Below are positions 9,351 to 19,465 of a stretch of DNA of 64,000 nt, piece after piece. Position 1 is the first letter of the stretch; each line of letters begins with the position of its first letter. The notes below the pieces were generated by a model, which searched no databases, had not been told where the DNA came from, and saw only the letters and a program-made list of their open reading frames with translations. A program made the translations under genes and the position numbers. Source of the DNA: an uncultured Planctomycetota bacterium (GTDB lineage Bacteria > Planctomycetota > Planctomycetia > Isosphaerales > Isosphaeraceae); the NCBI GenBank assembly GCA_963737655.1, contig CAVTTN010000002.1:5536001-5600000 (forward strand), read 5' to 3'.

Positions 9351-10529
9351 TCATTCGGGCGGCTCGACTCCGAAGATGGTCCGGTACATCAGCTCATTCT
9401 TGACGATGTCCCTGGCCAGCATTTCAAACAGCAATTTATGTCCAAGATCGTTGGGATGATCATCCCCCTGGGCGATCCAGAGGGTGGTGGGGTCGCGGTC
9501 GTCGAAGGTGGGGGTCAGGTCGAGGAACGGCAGATCCAGGCGTCGGGCGGTCCCGGCGAGGCGGAGGATCGCGGCGGATCGGGCCTCGGGGGCGTCGGCC
9601 AGGCCGACCCGGGGGATCGCCAGGAGGGCCATCGGCGTGCCGTCGGCCCGGCATCGCCCGGCGATCTCGCCGACGGTCGCCTCGGCGATGTCGTCGAGGA
9701 ACGGCCGGATCTTGGCCTTCATCGCGTCCTTGTCCTTGAGCTCGCCGAAGGCGTCGAGCCTCAGGTCCTCGGTGCCGATCCCGGCCCCGGCCAGGGCCTT
9801 GCGGAGGTAGGCATACCTCAGATCAATGCGATCTTGAAGGAGATTTCGGATGTGGATTTCCAGGAGCCGAGTATCCAGCATCGTGGCCGAGTAGAGGACC
9901 AGGTCCGGCCGGTACGCGGGGGCCTTGCGGCGGAACGATTCGAGCCGATGGAGCGGGCTGTAGGCCGCCATCGCGAGGTTGATGACCTCGAACTTCCGGG
10001 AGATCCCGCGACGGGCCGCGTGGGCGTTCAGCCAGTCTTCCAGGCGATTCTCGTAGGTCTCGTCGGTCGCGACGCCCCAGCCCATGTCCATGGAGGAGCC
10101 GAGGAGGACGATCCGGAACGTCCCCTCGGGCTTCTCGACCGTGTACGGCCGGTCGCGGAGGCCCTGGGCGTTGGTCGTGAACGGCTTGCCGAAGACGGTC
10201 CGGTCGAGGTCCGGCTTGAGCTCGAACTGGAGGAGGTCGCGAGGGAGGTACTTCGTGGCGCCGACCTCGTGGAAGCTCTTCCACTCGCTGGATTTGCCCT
10301 GCAATCGCAGGCTGAGCTCGTCGCGGGCGGCCTCGGGCCCGCCGTCGATCAGGCCGACGTAATAGCCGGTGGCCTGGGCCTCGCGGTCGGCCCGATTCAG
10401 CTCGGGGGAGCGGATGCTCCGCAGCGCGGACCTCGCCCATCGGCCGGGCATGGGGATGACCGACAGCGCCAGGATCACGCCGACCGTGGCCAGCGAGAGG
10501 CGATAGGCTCGCAGATACGGGGGATTCAT
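9351..10529 (-). CDS. Membrane-anchored SGNH/GDSL hydrolase-family protein
   Basis: N-terminal TM; TNAQGLRDRPY, LLGSSMDMGWG, DDHPNDLGH; ATGA overlap with the upstream gene. Confidence 0.85.
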   Translation of the reverse strand: MNPPYLRAYRLSLATVGVILALSVIPMPGRWARSALRSIRSPELNRADREAQATGYYVGLIDGGPEAARDELSLRLQGKSSEWKSFHEVGATKYLPRDLLQFELKPDLDRTVFGKPFTTNAQGLRDRPYTVEKPEGTFRIVLLGSSMDMGWGVATDETYENRLEDWLNAHAARRGISRKFEVINLAMAAYSPLHRLESFRRKAPAYRPDLVLYSATMLDTRLLEIHIRNLLQDRIDLRYAYLRKALAGAGIGTEDLRLDAFGELKDKDAMKAKIRPFLDDIAEATVGEIAGRCRADGTPMALLAIPRVGLADAPEARSAAILRLAGTARRLDLPFLDLTPTFDDRDPTTLWIAQGDDHPNDLGHKLLFEMLARDIVKNELMYRTIFGVEPPE

Positions 10530-11602
10530 CGACCCCCCTTCGTCAGGATCGCTCGCAGTTCGGGGGCCGACCGCAACGCCGCCTCCAGCCTCTCGGCCAG
10601 CCTCGCATGACCCTCGGCGTTCGGGTGGAAGTCGTCGGGAGCGATGGCCAGGGACGCCGGATCGAGGCCGTCGAAGGCGTCGGAGAGGTCGATCACGGCC
10701 GAGAATCCGCAGGCTCGGGCCGTCGCGATCAGCCGGGCGCGGTCCTCCGGTTCGATCCGCTTGCCGACCCTCGGCACGAGCACCCAGGCCGTCGCCACGC
10801 CTCGCGATCGGCACTCGGCGGCGGCCGATCGATAGACGTTTTCGAGGATTGGCCAGCGATAGGGCCGCAAGATGCGTTTGTATGTGGCGAAGTCGCCGCC
10901 CGGCACGGCGCCGCTGGAGGCCAGGGCCTCGCGATAGAGGGGCGAGTCCCAGCCGATCCCCCGGGGCAGGAGTCCTCGGAGTCGCCGCTCGTCCCAGCCG
11001 GGATCGGCGGGCGTGGCCTCGATCACGACGAGGTCGGGCGACGTGGGCCAGCCGGTCCTGCGGAAATGCTCCCACCGCTGGCCGGGCGAGTGGCCGGGGA
11101 CGGAGAAGTTGAGGAACTCGACGTGACGGCCCGGCCCGGCCGATCCGTCGAGCGACCGTTCGGCCCGGGGCTCGAAGCCGAGGCCATCGGCCACGCCCCA
11201 GCCGGCGGCGATCGAGTCGCCCACGAGGGCGAGCCGGGTCGTCCCGGGGGGCTTCTCGATCGGATACTCGCGGTCGCGCATCCCGAGGGAATTCGTGGTC
11301 CAGGACGCGCCTCGATGCGAGGTCTCCATCCCGGGGTTGAGGAGGTATTCGCGCAGGTCCGCGACGGGATGGCACAGGCGGCCCGCATCGAAGGGTGCCG
11401 GCGCGATGGGCGCGGAGGCGTCGAGCCTCCGGGAAGGCCCGCTGATCTTTTCGTAGTAGCCGCGATCGATCCGTTCGGCGTCGGCGCGGCTGATCCCCTC
11501 CTCGCGGAGGGCCGCCAGGGGCCCGGGAGGGGCCAGGCCGGCCGCCAGGAGGGCCGAGGCGGTCAGGAACGAGCTTCGGAAGGCGCGGGTCGGTCCGTCC
11601 AT
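10526..11602 (-). CDS. SGNH/GDSL hydrolase-family protein
   Basis: TNSLGMRDREY, VGDSIAAGWG, DFHPNAEGH. Confidence 0.85.
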   Translation of the reverse strand: MDGPTRAFRSSFLTASALLAAGLAPPGPLAALREEGISRADAERIDRGYYEKISGPSRRLDASAPIAPAPFDAGRLCHPVADLREYLLNPGMETSHRGASWTTNSLGMRDREYPIEKPPGTTRLALVGDSIAAGWGVADGLGFEPRAERSLDGSAGPGRHVEFLNFSVPGHSPGQRWEHFRRTGWPTSPDLVVIEATPADPGWDERRLRGLLPRGIGWDSPLYREALASSGAVPGGDFATYKRILRPYRWPILENVYRSAAAECRSRGVATAWVLVPRVGKRIEPEDRARLIATARACGFSAVIDLSDAFDGLDPASLAIAPDDFHPNAEGHARLAERLEAALRSAPELRAILTKGGR

Positions 11603-11622
11603 GGTCCGCCTTCGGCCGGGTC

Positions 11623-12990
11623 TCAGCCGGCCGCCCTCCTGAGCATGTCGAGCCACGCGCCGAGGCTCGGGCTGTACCAGAGGGACCAGAGCAGCGCGAT
11701 CGTGGCGAAGGTGGCCAGGGTCTTCGCGGATCGGGCGGCGACGGCCTGGAGGGTGAGGTCCGGCCCCTTCAGCCGCCCTCGCCTCGGCGCCCGGGCGTCG
11801 AGCTGGACGTTCACCAGGACGAACCCGCCGAGGATGCCCCAGAACAGGGCGTCCGGCACGCTGAAGCCGAACGTCCCCCACCGCCAGAACATCTGGTAGG
11901 CGTGCAGGAGCCACGTCACGAGGAACACGGTCGCCGTGGCCGCCGCCAGGGCCACGGGCTGGCGATGGCGCTTCATCCGGAAGACCACGGGATTGAACAC
12001 CACGCGGACCATGAAGTCTTTCCAGTAGATATTGATCCGTCTCCAGTAGTCCGTGAAGGACGTGGCGAGCAGATAATGATGATGGGTCTCGGGCAAGGCG
12101 AAGCCGAAGAGGTGGAGCATCCCGCAGGCCATGTGGAACTGGCCGGAGACCTGCAGATATTGGAGATAGTTCGCGACGACGAATCGGAGGAGGCTCAGCG
12201 GGTCGTGGACGTCGGCCTGGGCGATCAGGAGGTCGTGATAGACGAGTCGGAACAGGAGGAGGTGGACGGCCCCCCGGGTCATCATCTTCAGGCCGTCGAC
12301 CTGGACGGCGTGGACGTCGCGGGCGAAGTAGCCCCGGCGGAAATTGCGGTAATCGACCACGGGGAAGTGGAAGAAGCAGAAGTTGGGCAGGAGGAAGAAA
12401 TACGCGAGGGCGTCGCCGAACGACTCGGGGCCCTCGGCGTGCTTCAATTCGTAGAGATACAAGATCATCCGGAACATGAACATGGAGCCGAGCATCGGCC
12501 AGGCGGCCTCGGGCAGGGGGAGGCTCGCGGCGAAGGCGCGGGCCAGGGCCAGGAGGACGCCGACGCCCGCCACGACGGCGACCCTGGCGACCCACGGGCG
12601 ATCGAGCCGGCTCAGGGCGATCAGGCCGAGGCCGACGGCCACGACCAGGGCCGCGGCGGCGATCCCGAGGAAGAAGCCCAGCGCGGTGATCGACGCCGCG
12701 ACGAAGAACGGCTTCTTCAGCCGGAACGGCAGGAGGTAGTGGACCGGCAGGGCCGCCGTGGCGATCGAGGCGACGAGGCGGAAGGCCCGTCCCTCGACGT
12801 GATAGACGAAGAAGAGCGTGAGCAGGAGTCCGAGATGGAGCATGACCGGCAGGAACCGGCGGACCGATCGGCGGCACTGGGCGGGCTCGCCCCGGTAGAG
12901 GCCGGGCTCGGGCCCGGGGTCGGGGATCGGAAGATACTGGCGGTGGGGCGCCCTCGGCGGCGCGAGCGTCCTGGGGATCTCGAGCCGCAT
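11623..12990 (-). CDS. MBOAT family membrane acyltransferase (DltB/AlgI-like); start uncertain
   Basis: Multiple TM helices; YLQVSG, LFGFALPE, SFTDYWRRINIYWKDF, catalytic His in TWLLH. Confidence 0.88.
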   Translation of the reverse strand: MRLEIPRTLAPPRAPHRQYLPIPDPGPEPGLYRGEPAQCRRSVRRFLPVMLHLGLLLTLFFVYHVEGRAFRLVASIATAALPVHYLLPFRLKKPFFVAASITALGFFLGIAAAALVVAVGLGLIALSRLDRPWVARVAVVAGVGVLLALARAFAASLPLPEAAWPMLGSMFMFRMILYLYELKHAEGPESFGDALAYFFLLPNFCFFHFPVVDYRNFRRGYFARDVHAVQVDGLKMMTRGAVHLLLFRLVYHDLLIAQADVHDPLSLLRFVVANYLQYLQVSGQFHMACGMLHLFGFALPETHHHYLLATSFTDYWRRINIYWKDFMVRVVFNPVVFRMKRHRQPVALAAATATVFLVTWLLHAYQMFWRWGTFGFSVPDALFWGILGGFVLVNVQLDARAPRRGRLKGPDLTLQAVAARSAKTLATFATIALLWSLWYSPSLGAWLDMLRRAAG

Positions 12991-13335
12991 GCCGTGCCCC
13001 TCCCTGTCCGTCCCACGCTCCGAGGCCGAGGGGACGCGCCCGGGGACGGTCGAGATGGGGGCGGGCGGGGCGATCGATCTCGCCCGGAAGACGATGCGGG
13101 GGAGGCCCATCCCTGGGCCGGCGATCCCGCAAGGGCCGCGCACATCCGTGTTACCGTCGTCTCCGCGAGGCGCCGTTCGGCTTCGGTCCTGCTCGGTTCG
13201 ATCCAGTTTCGTCCGGTTCGCGGCCCGGGTTTCCAAGCGCGGCCGGCGAGGCCCCGAAGGTGCTCGGGGGCGGTCTAGGGGTATACCCGAAGCTCCGAGG
13301 GGCTGTCAACCCGAGCGGAGGGGCGGGGCGGGCGG

Positions 13336-16300
13336 CTACCAGCCGAGGTTCATCTGGTCGAGCTTCTGGCGGATGCTGGCGAGGTCCCAGAGGGCGACCC
13401 CGGAGTCGTCGCCGATGGCCAGGCGGTCGTCGGGCCCGAAGGCCAGGGCGAAGATCGGCCCCCGGCCGCCGGGCAGGCGGACCAGGGCCTCGGGCCGTCC
13501 TCCGGGCGAGACCCGCCAGAGCCGGACGGTCCCCGGCTGGCTGCCGACGGCCAGGTCGCCGGACGGGGAGAAGGCCACGGCGCGGACGTCCCCCTCTTCC
13601 TCCTTGTCCATCCCCTCGCGCTTGAAGATCCAGTCGCGGATGGTGCCGGTCTGGGTGTCCACCAGGGCGACGTGGCCGGACCGGCAGCCGACGGCCAGGG
13701 TCCGGCCGTCGGGGCTCAGCGCCAGGCACGAGGCGTCGCCGGGCATCTTCCGCCAGCCCAGGTCGCGGGCGTGGTCGCCGACGATCGCCCAGGCGTGGGG
13801 CTCGGACCGCATCATGAACGTCGAGTCGATGGTATAGAGGTGGTCGCCCGAGGGGGAGAGCACGGCGGTTCGCCGGCCGACCGGCGGGGGGCCCTGGGGC
13901 CGGGGCTCGCCGGCCTTGGGGTCGGGCCGGGGCCCCGACCGAGGCCCTCCGCGATCGCGGTTGTCGCGACGGGGGCCGGGGTCCGGCGGCTGGGGGAATT
14001 CCAGGCGGAACGGCGGCGCACCGTCCTTCAGGAGGACCACGTCGCTCCATCGAAGCAGGGCCAGGGTCGAGCCGTCGGCCGATCGGACCATCCCGGCGAC
14101 GTCGTAGTGGGACGACCATCTCGGGGCGTTGGAGGACAGGGGAGCCATCTCCGGGAGCGTCACCCGGCCCTGGGCCACGCGGTCCTCGAAATTCGGGTAG
14201 ACGTCCAGGCCGCCGGGCGAGGGGATGAGGAGCCGCCCCCGGGCGTCGAAGGCCAGGGCCCCGGTCTTCAAGTCGTCCCAGGTCTCGGCCTTGCTCGGGC
14301 AATGCCTCGGGCCGAGGAATCGGGCGGAATTCGTCTCCACGTTGGTGAACAGGGCCGCCAGGGCGCCGGAGGGGCTGAAGGTCACGAAGGCCGGGCGCGA
14401 GGCCGGGCGGGTCTCGGGCGGGGCCAGGCGGGTCCGGCCCAGGGGCTCGACGATCGCCCAGGTCTGCACCTGCCCCTCGACGGCGGCGGCCAGGGTCAGG
14501 CCGTCGGGCGAGAAGCTCAGGTCCTGGACCCTCGACGTCGTCGGCACCGAGGCCAGCGGGTTGCCCGAAGCCGGGTCCCAGATCTCGATCCGGTTGAACA
14601 GCGCCACCGCCAGCATCGTGCCGTCGGGGTTGAATCGCAGGGCCCGGATCATCGACTGATGCAGGTTCAGGCCGCTCAGGGGGCGCCGGGTCTCGGCGTC
14701 CCACAGGTGGACCGACCCTCCGCACGCGGCGGCCAGGACGCCGAACGGGCCCAGGGCCAGGGCCGACGGCGGGGAATCGGCGGTGATCGTCCCCTTCTTC
14801 GCGCCGGTCTGGGCATCCCAGAGGGTGATCTCCGGGTCGTAATTCCACGCCGTGGCGAGGGTCCGCCCTTCCGGGCCGATGGCGACGATCGGGGCGGCCC
14901 AGGCCGGCGGGGGGGGCCGGGTCGCGGCGGAGCCGGCGGGCTCGGTCCGGGTCGGTGAGAGGTCGGCCAGGGGCTTCTCGTCGTGCTTGGGGTCCCAGAG
15001 CTCGACCCGGCCGGGCTCGGGGACTCGCCGGGAACCATTGCCGGGACCGCCTCCGGGGCCCCCGCCGGAGTCGCGACCCCGGCCGCCCCCGCGAGGGCCG
15101 CTGATGGTCACCAGGCGGCCGCCGTCGGCCGTCGCCATCAGGGTCGAGATCCTCCGGCCGGGCATTTCCAGGTCGGCGAACGGCGCCCCGGTGGTCGTCT
15201 GGAACAGCCGGACCCCCTCGCCCCGGGGCAAGACCACCGCGAGGAATCCCTCCAGCGAGGCCACGCCGGGCCCCGGCGGCGGCCCGTACGGCCCCCGGGG
15301 GCCGGGGTCGTCCTCCGGCGCGTCGTCCTCGACCCGGACCGACTGCTTCCGCTCTTCCTTGCCCGAAGCCACGTCCCAGACCCGGAATTCCGAGCCGTTC
15401 TCGGCCAGGGTGACCAGCCGGTTGGATTCCGGCAGGAAGACCAGGTTCCGCGTCTTCCCGGAGTCCAGCGACGGCCGGGGCTCGATGTCCCGGACCGCCA
15501 GGAACTCCACCGCCTCGTCCCGGAGGTGCGCCTCCATGACCGGGTCGGGCTGGAGCTGCACCGCCTTCTCGATGACTTCCAGCCCCTTCTTGCGGCGATC
15601 CGGCGCCCGAGTGATGCGGACGAACTGCGCCTGGCTCAGGAGCTGTTCGCGCATGGCGACCTTCATCCGTCGGGTGGCGTCCTCGGCCTCGCCCAGCGCC
15701 TTCTCCTTGGCCTGGTTCGCGGCGACGGCCTCGTTCCTCTCGTGGAGGACGCGGATATAGGCGACCGTCGCCACGGCCAGGATCGACGCCACGGCCGCCG
15801 CCGAGACGCCCGAGAGGCTCGGGTGACGCCTCACGAACCGCCAGGCCCGCCCCGCCGGGCCGATCCTCCGGGCCTTCACGGGCTCCGTGGCCAGGAACCG
15901 ATTGAGGTCCTCGGCCAGCTCGGTCCCGCCGTCGTAGCGATCCTGAGGCCGCTTGGACATCGCCTTCAGGACGATCGTTTCCAAATCCCTGGGGATTCGC
16001 GAGTCGATCTTCCGGGGGGAGAGCGGGTCCTTGTCGCGGATCTGCCCGACGAGCTCGGCGGCCGTCCGGCCATCGAAGGGCGGGCGGAGGGTCAGGGAGC
16101 TCGATAGAGGGTCGCGCCCAGGCTGTACAGGTCGGCCCGGCCGTCGATCGGGCCGAGCTCGGCCTGCTCGGGGCTCATGTAGCGGGGGGTGCCCAGGAGG
16201 CTGTCGGTCTGGGTCATCGCCGGGTCGGCCAGGCGGCGGGCCAGGCCGAAGTCGGCCACCCAGATCGTCCCCCGGGCATCGACCAGGAGGTTCGAGGGCT

Positions 16301-17141
16301 TCACGTCGCGGTGGATCACCCCGCGACGATGCGCGTGGGCCAGGGCGTCGGCCGCTTGCAGCCCGACCCGGGCGACCCATCGGTAGTATTCCGAGCCCTT
16401 GGGCGGCTCGAACGGCGGGGGGGCGTCGTCCTGGTCCGGGGGCGACCCGACCCGGAGCCTCCCTCGGCTCGGCCGCGTGTCGCCGCCGAGCCAGCTCCGG
16501 GTCGGGTCGCCCAGGCTGGTCAAACCGAACGTGTCGGCGCCGTCCTGGGGGTCGGCGGCCTTCAACTTGTTCGTGCCCGAGCCGGCGGCCGAGGACCGGC
16601 CCTTCCTCAGGGACTTGATCACGCGATCCAGGCCCGAGCCCTCGATCCTCTGCATCGCGTAGTAGCAGAGGCCGCCGACCTGGCCGACGTCGAAGACCGG
16701 GACGATGTGCGTGTGGTGGAGCCCGGCGGCCGTCTTGGCCTCGTTGAGGAACCGCCTCCGACCCGAGGAATCGGGCGCGGCGTGGGTGCCGAGGACTTTC
16801 AGGGCGACCGGCCGATCGAGATCGACGTGGACGGCCTCGTAGACGATCCCCATCCCGCCCCGACCCAGCTCGCGGACGATCCGGTATCCGGCCACCCGGC
16901 GGCCCGCCTCCAGCCGGTGGCCGGGGCCCGAGCTCTCGCCGACGAGGCCCTGGACCACGGCCAGGCCTTCCAGGGCCGCTTCCAGCTCCTCGGCGAGGTC
17001 GGGGTATCGCGCCGCGAAGACCTCGGGAGACGGGGCGGCGCCGGCCTCGGCCAGTTCGAGATAGGCCTCGATCGCCTCGCCGAGACGATCGTCGCGATCG
17101 GTGGGATCGCCGCCGGGATCGGGTTCGCTCTGGCGGATCAT
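13336..17141 (-). CDS. Ser/Thr protein kinase with TM helix and WD40 repeats (apparent frameshift near 16100)
   Basis: LGRGGMGIVY, VALK, HRDVKPSN, DFGLA, GTPRYMSPEQ in 16092-17141; continues LTLRPPF...PRDLETIVLKAMSK and WD40 repeats in the 13336 frame. Confidence 0.92.
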
Positions 17142-17231
17142 GGCACGACCAATCGGTTGGCGGGAGGGACGGATCGGGGGAATGCCGACGGACTCCGCGA
17201 CGCGAGGTAACTCGACACAACTCCACTCAAC

Positions 17232-17864
17232 TCACTTGGGCAACTGGCGTTTCAGGCCCTTGAGGCCGCGGGCCCAGAGGCCGCGGACGACCTTCCGGCT
17301 CTGGCCGAGCCGCTCGCCGATGGCCTCGAAGGAGAGGTTCTCGGCGTAGTAGAGCCAGAGGACGTCGGCCTCGGCCTCCGGGATATCGGCCAGGGCGTCG
17401 GCCAGGAGGCTCTTGAGCTCCCTCTGGCTGGCGGCCTCGCTCGGGCTGGTCTGGCTCAGGGAGAGCATGTCCAGGAGCTTGCCGCCGCCGCCCCCGGCCG
17501 AGTCGTTGCCGCCCCCGCCCTCGCCGCCCCAGGGCGCATCCAGAGGCAGGGCGGCGCCCCCGGCGGCCCGCTTCGCCCGGCTGTGATACCGCCCCAGGTC
17601 CGCGAGCTTCTGGCCCACCAGGCGGCGGAGCCAGCCGACCAGCGCCGCCTCGTTCTGCCCGGTGAACTGCGGGAACTGCCGGACCACCTCCACCAGGGTC
17701 TCCTGGACCACGTCGGACAGCTCCACCCGCTCCCGGAGCCGAGGGCCCAGGCCGGTCCGGACGACCATCCTCAGATAATTGCGGTAGAGCCCGCAAAGTT
17801 CCCCCAGCGCCTCGGGCTGCCCGGCGCGGGCCATCGCCATCAGTTCGGTCGGTCCTGAGCCCAT
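17232..17864 (-). CDS. ECF sigma-70 factor, planctomycete kinase-associated type
   Basis: SDVVQET, WLRRLV, QTSPSEAA, region-4 HTH LSFEAIGERLG; directly upstream of the kinase. Confidence 0.9.
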   Translation of the reverse strand: MGSGPTELMAMARAGQPEALGELCGLYRNYLRMVVRTGLGPRLRERVELSDVVQETLVEVVRQFPQFTGQNEAALVGWLRRLVGQKLADLGRYHSRAKRAAGGAALPLDAPWGGEGGGGNDSAGGGGGKLLDMLSLSQTSPSEAASQRELKSLLADALADIPEAEADVLWLYYAENLSFEAIGERLGQSRKVVRGLWARGLKGLKRQLPK

Positions 17865-18005
17865 CGAGCCGGATCTCCGCGATCGCGGTGAAAGGGGCCG
17901 ATCGAACCGCCGATCTCTCGCCACCACAAAGGAGATCAGCGTCAACGCCCCGCGGATCGTACCCCCTTCATGATCCCCCGCGACGATCCGCCCGACAAGA
18001 CCCCC

Positions 18006-18069
18006 GGGCGGAAATTGGTGTCAGTTCTGTTTTTGTCGTCCTCTACCGAACTGACACCAATTTCCGCCC
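18006..18069. repeat. Perfect 22-bp inverted repeat (REP-like; may act as terminator)
   Basis: gggcggaaattggtgtcagttc (18006-18027) / gaactgacaccaatttccgccc (18048-18069), downstream of the PEP-CTERM gene. Confidence 0.85.
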
Positions 18070-18162
18070 CGGTTCGCGCAGCGCGCGGCGACGCCCCCGG
18101 GGATCTCCCCGGGGGCGTGACGCGATTCGAGAGTCTTGGGGCCCGGCCCCGACCGATTCGCC

Positions 18163-18855
18163 TCAGGCTCGGGAGGCCCTGGCCTTGAGGCGGCGGCGGA
18201 GGCCCAGGCCGGCTCCGGCGGCGAGGAACAGCGCCACGGTCGTCGGCTCCGGGGTGGTGGTCAGCTTGTTGACGATGATGAACCCCTCGGCCGTGGACTG
18301 GCCGCCGAAGGTCGTCGAGGGGACGAGCGACCTCTGCGGCGAGGGCAGGCTCAGGGTCCCGGTGTACAGCGTGCCGATGGCGGCCGTCGAGTTGCTGATC
18401 GGCTCGAACGTGGCGACGACGTTCGACTGGTCCGACCCGGTGACCGTCCCGTTGAGGAAGCCCTGGATCGTCAGCAACGGGGGGCTGGCCCCCTGGTCCT
18501 GGCCGTTGATCGACTGGGTGGCGTAGCTGATGGCGAACGGCGTGTGGTTGTACACCGTGGTCTGGCCGTCCGGCAGCGGGGCGACGACGAACGTGCCCAG
18601 GCTCAGCGACGACGGGGTGTACAGGCCGGAGTTGGAGACCGGGGCGAAGCTGATGACCGGCTTGCCCGTGATCCCGGTCGAGCCGACGAGGCCCGAGGTG
18701 TTGTAGGTGATGTTGGCGCTGACCGGGGTGGACGTGGTCATGCCGGTCATGCCGGTGGTCGTCATGGAGTCGGCCCGGGCCGAGCCGGCGACCGCCGCCA
18801 GGGCGAGGGCGAGGGCCATCCGTCGCGGCCCGGCCCATCCAGAGTTCGTGCGCAT
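18163..18855 (-). CDS. PEP-CTERM sorting domain protein (Thr/Ser-rich)
   Basis: Signal peptide ending ARA; C-terminal TPEPTTVALFLAAGAGLGLRRRLK. Confidence 0.9.
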   Translation of the reverse strand: MRTNSGWAGPRRMALALALAAVAGSARADSMTTTGMTGMTTSTPVSANITYNTSGLVGSTGITGKPVISFAPVSNSGLYTPSSLSLGTFVVAPLPDGQTTVYNHTPFAISYATQSINGQDQGASPPLLTIQGFLNGTVTGSDQSNVVATFEPISNSTAAIGTLYTGTLSLPSPQRSLVPSTTFGGQSTAEGFIIVNKLTTTPEPTTVALFLAAGAGLGLRRRLKARASRA

Positions 18856-19357
18856 CCGATTCTCCTGAAAGCTCGCGTCCCGCTCTCCGCTCCGCTCGGA
18901 CGCCCGGGCCCTGGAGGTCCCGGCGGCCAGCCGATCCGGCGCCGCGCCGGACCGTCCGGCGACCGCGACTCGAAGGTGGGAAGTCTTCTCGGACGTGACG
19001 ACGCAGAGGCGACGGCCGACGCCCCCGGCGAGGGGACCACGGCGACGCCGTTCCGATCGGGGCCCGGAGCGAGGGGAGGTCGAGGCGCGATGAGGTGAGC
19101 GGCGAAGAGGTGGATTCCACGAGCCCCGGCCTCCATGCCTGGCTGCCCCGTCGTAAGACGGCCTCGGGCCCGCCCGTTCCTCCGCCTCGATCGGCGGAAG
19201 ACGCAGCCAGGTCCGAACGGGCCGGAGGATACCCAAGCTCGGACCGTCCGTCTACCTCAACTGAACCGATCGGAGACGATTTTCTTGAAGTCCACCCAAC
19301 GCTCGGGCCGACAAAGGCCCGGAAGCGGTTCACGAACGGATGGCGCACGACGGGTCT

Positions 19358-19437
19358 CGTAGGGCAGGCCTCGGCCTGCCGGCTTCGCGGGTCTCGGCAG
19401 GTCGAGGCCTGCCCTACGGGGGCGCCATCCGACCGAG
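19358..19437. repeat. GTAG-type REP-like hairpin, copy 1
   Basis: cgtagggcaggcctcggcctgcc...ggcaggtcgaggcctgccctacg plus tail gggggcgccatccgaccgag; just after the priA stop. Confidence 0.85.
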
Positions 19438-19465
19438 TACCCCTCGAGCAGGGGTCGCCGACCGC

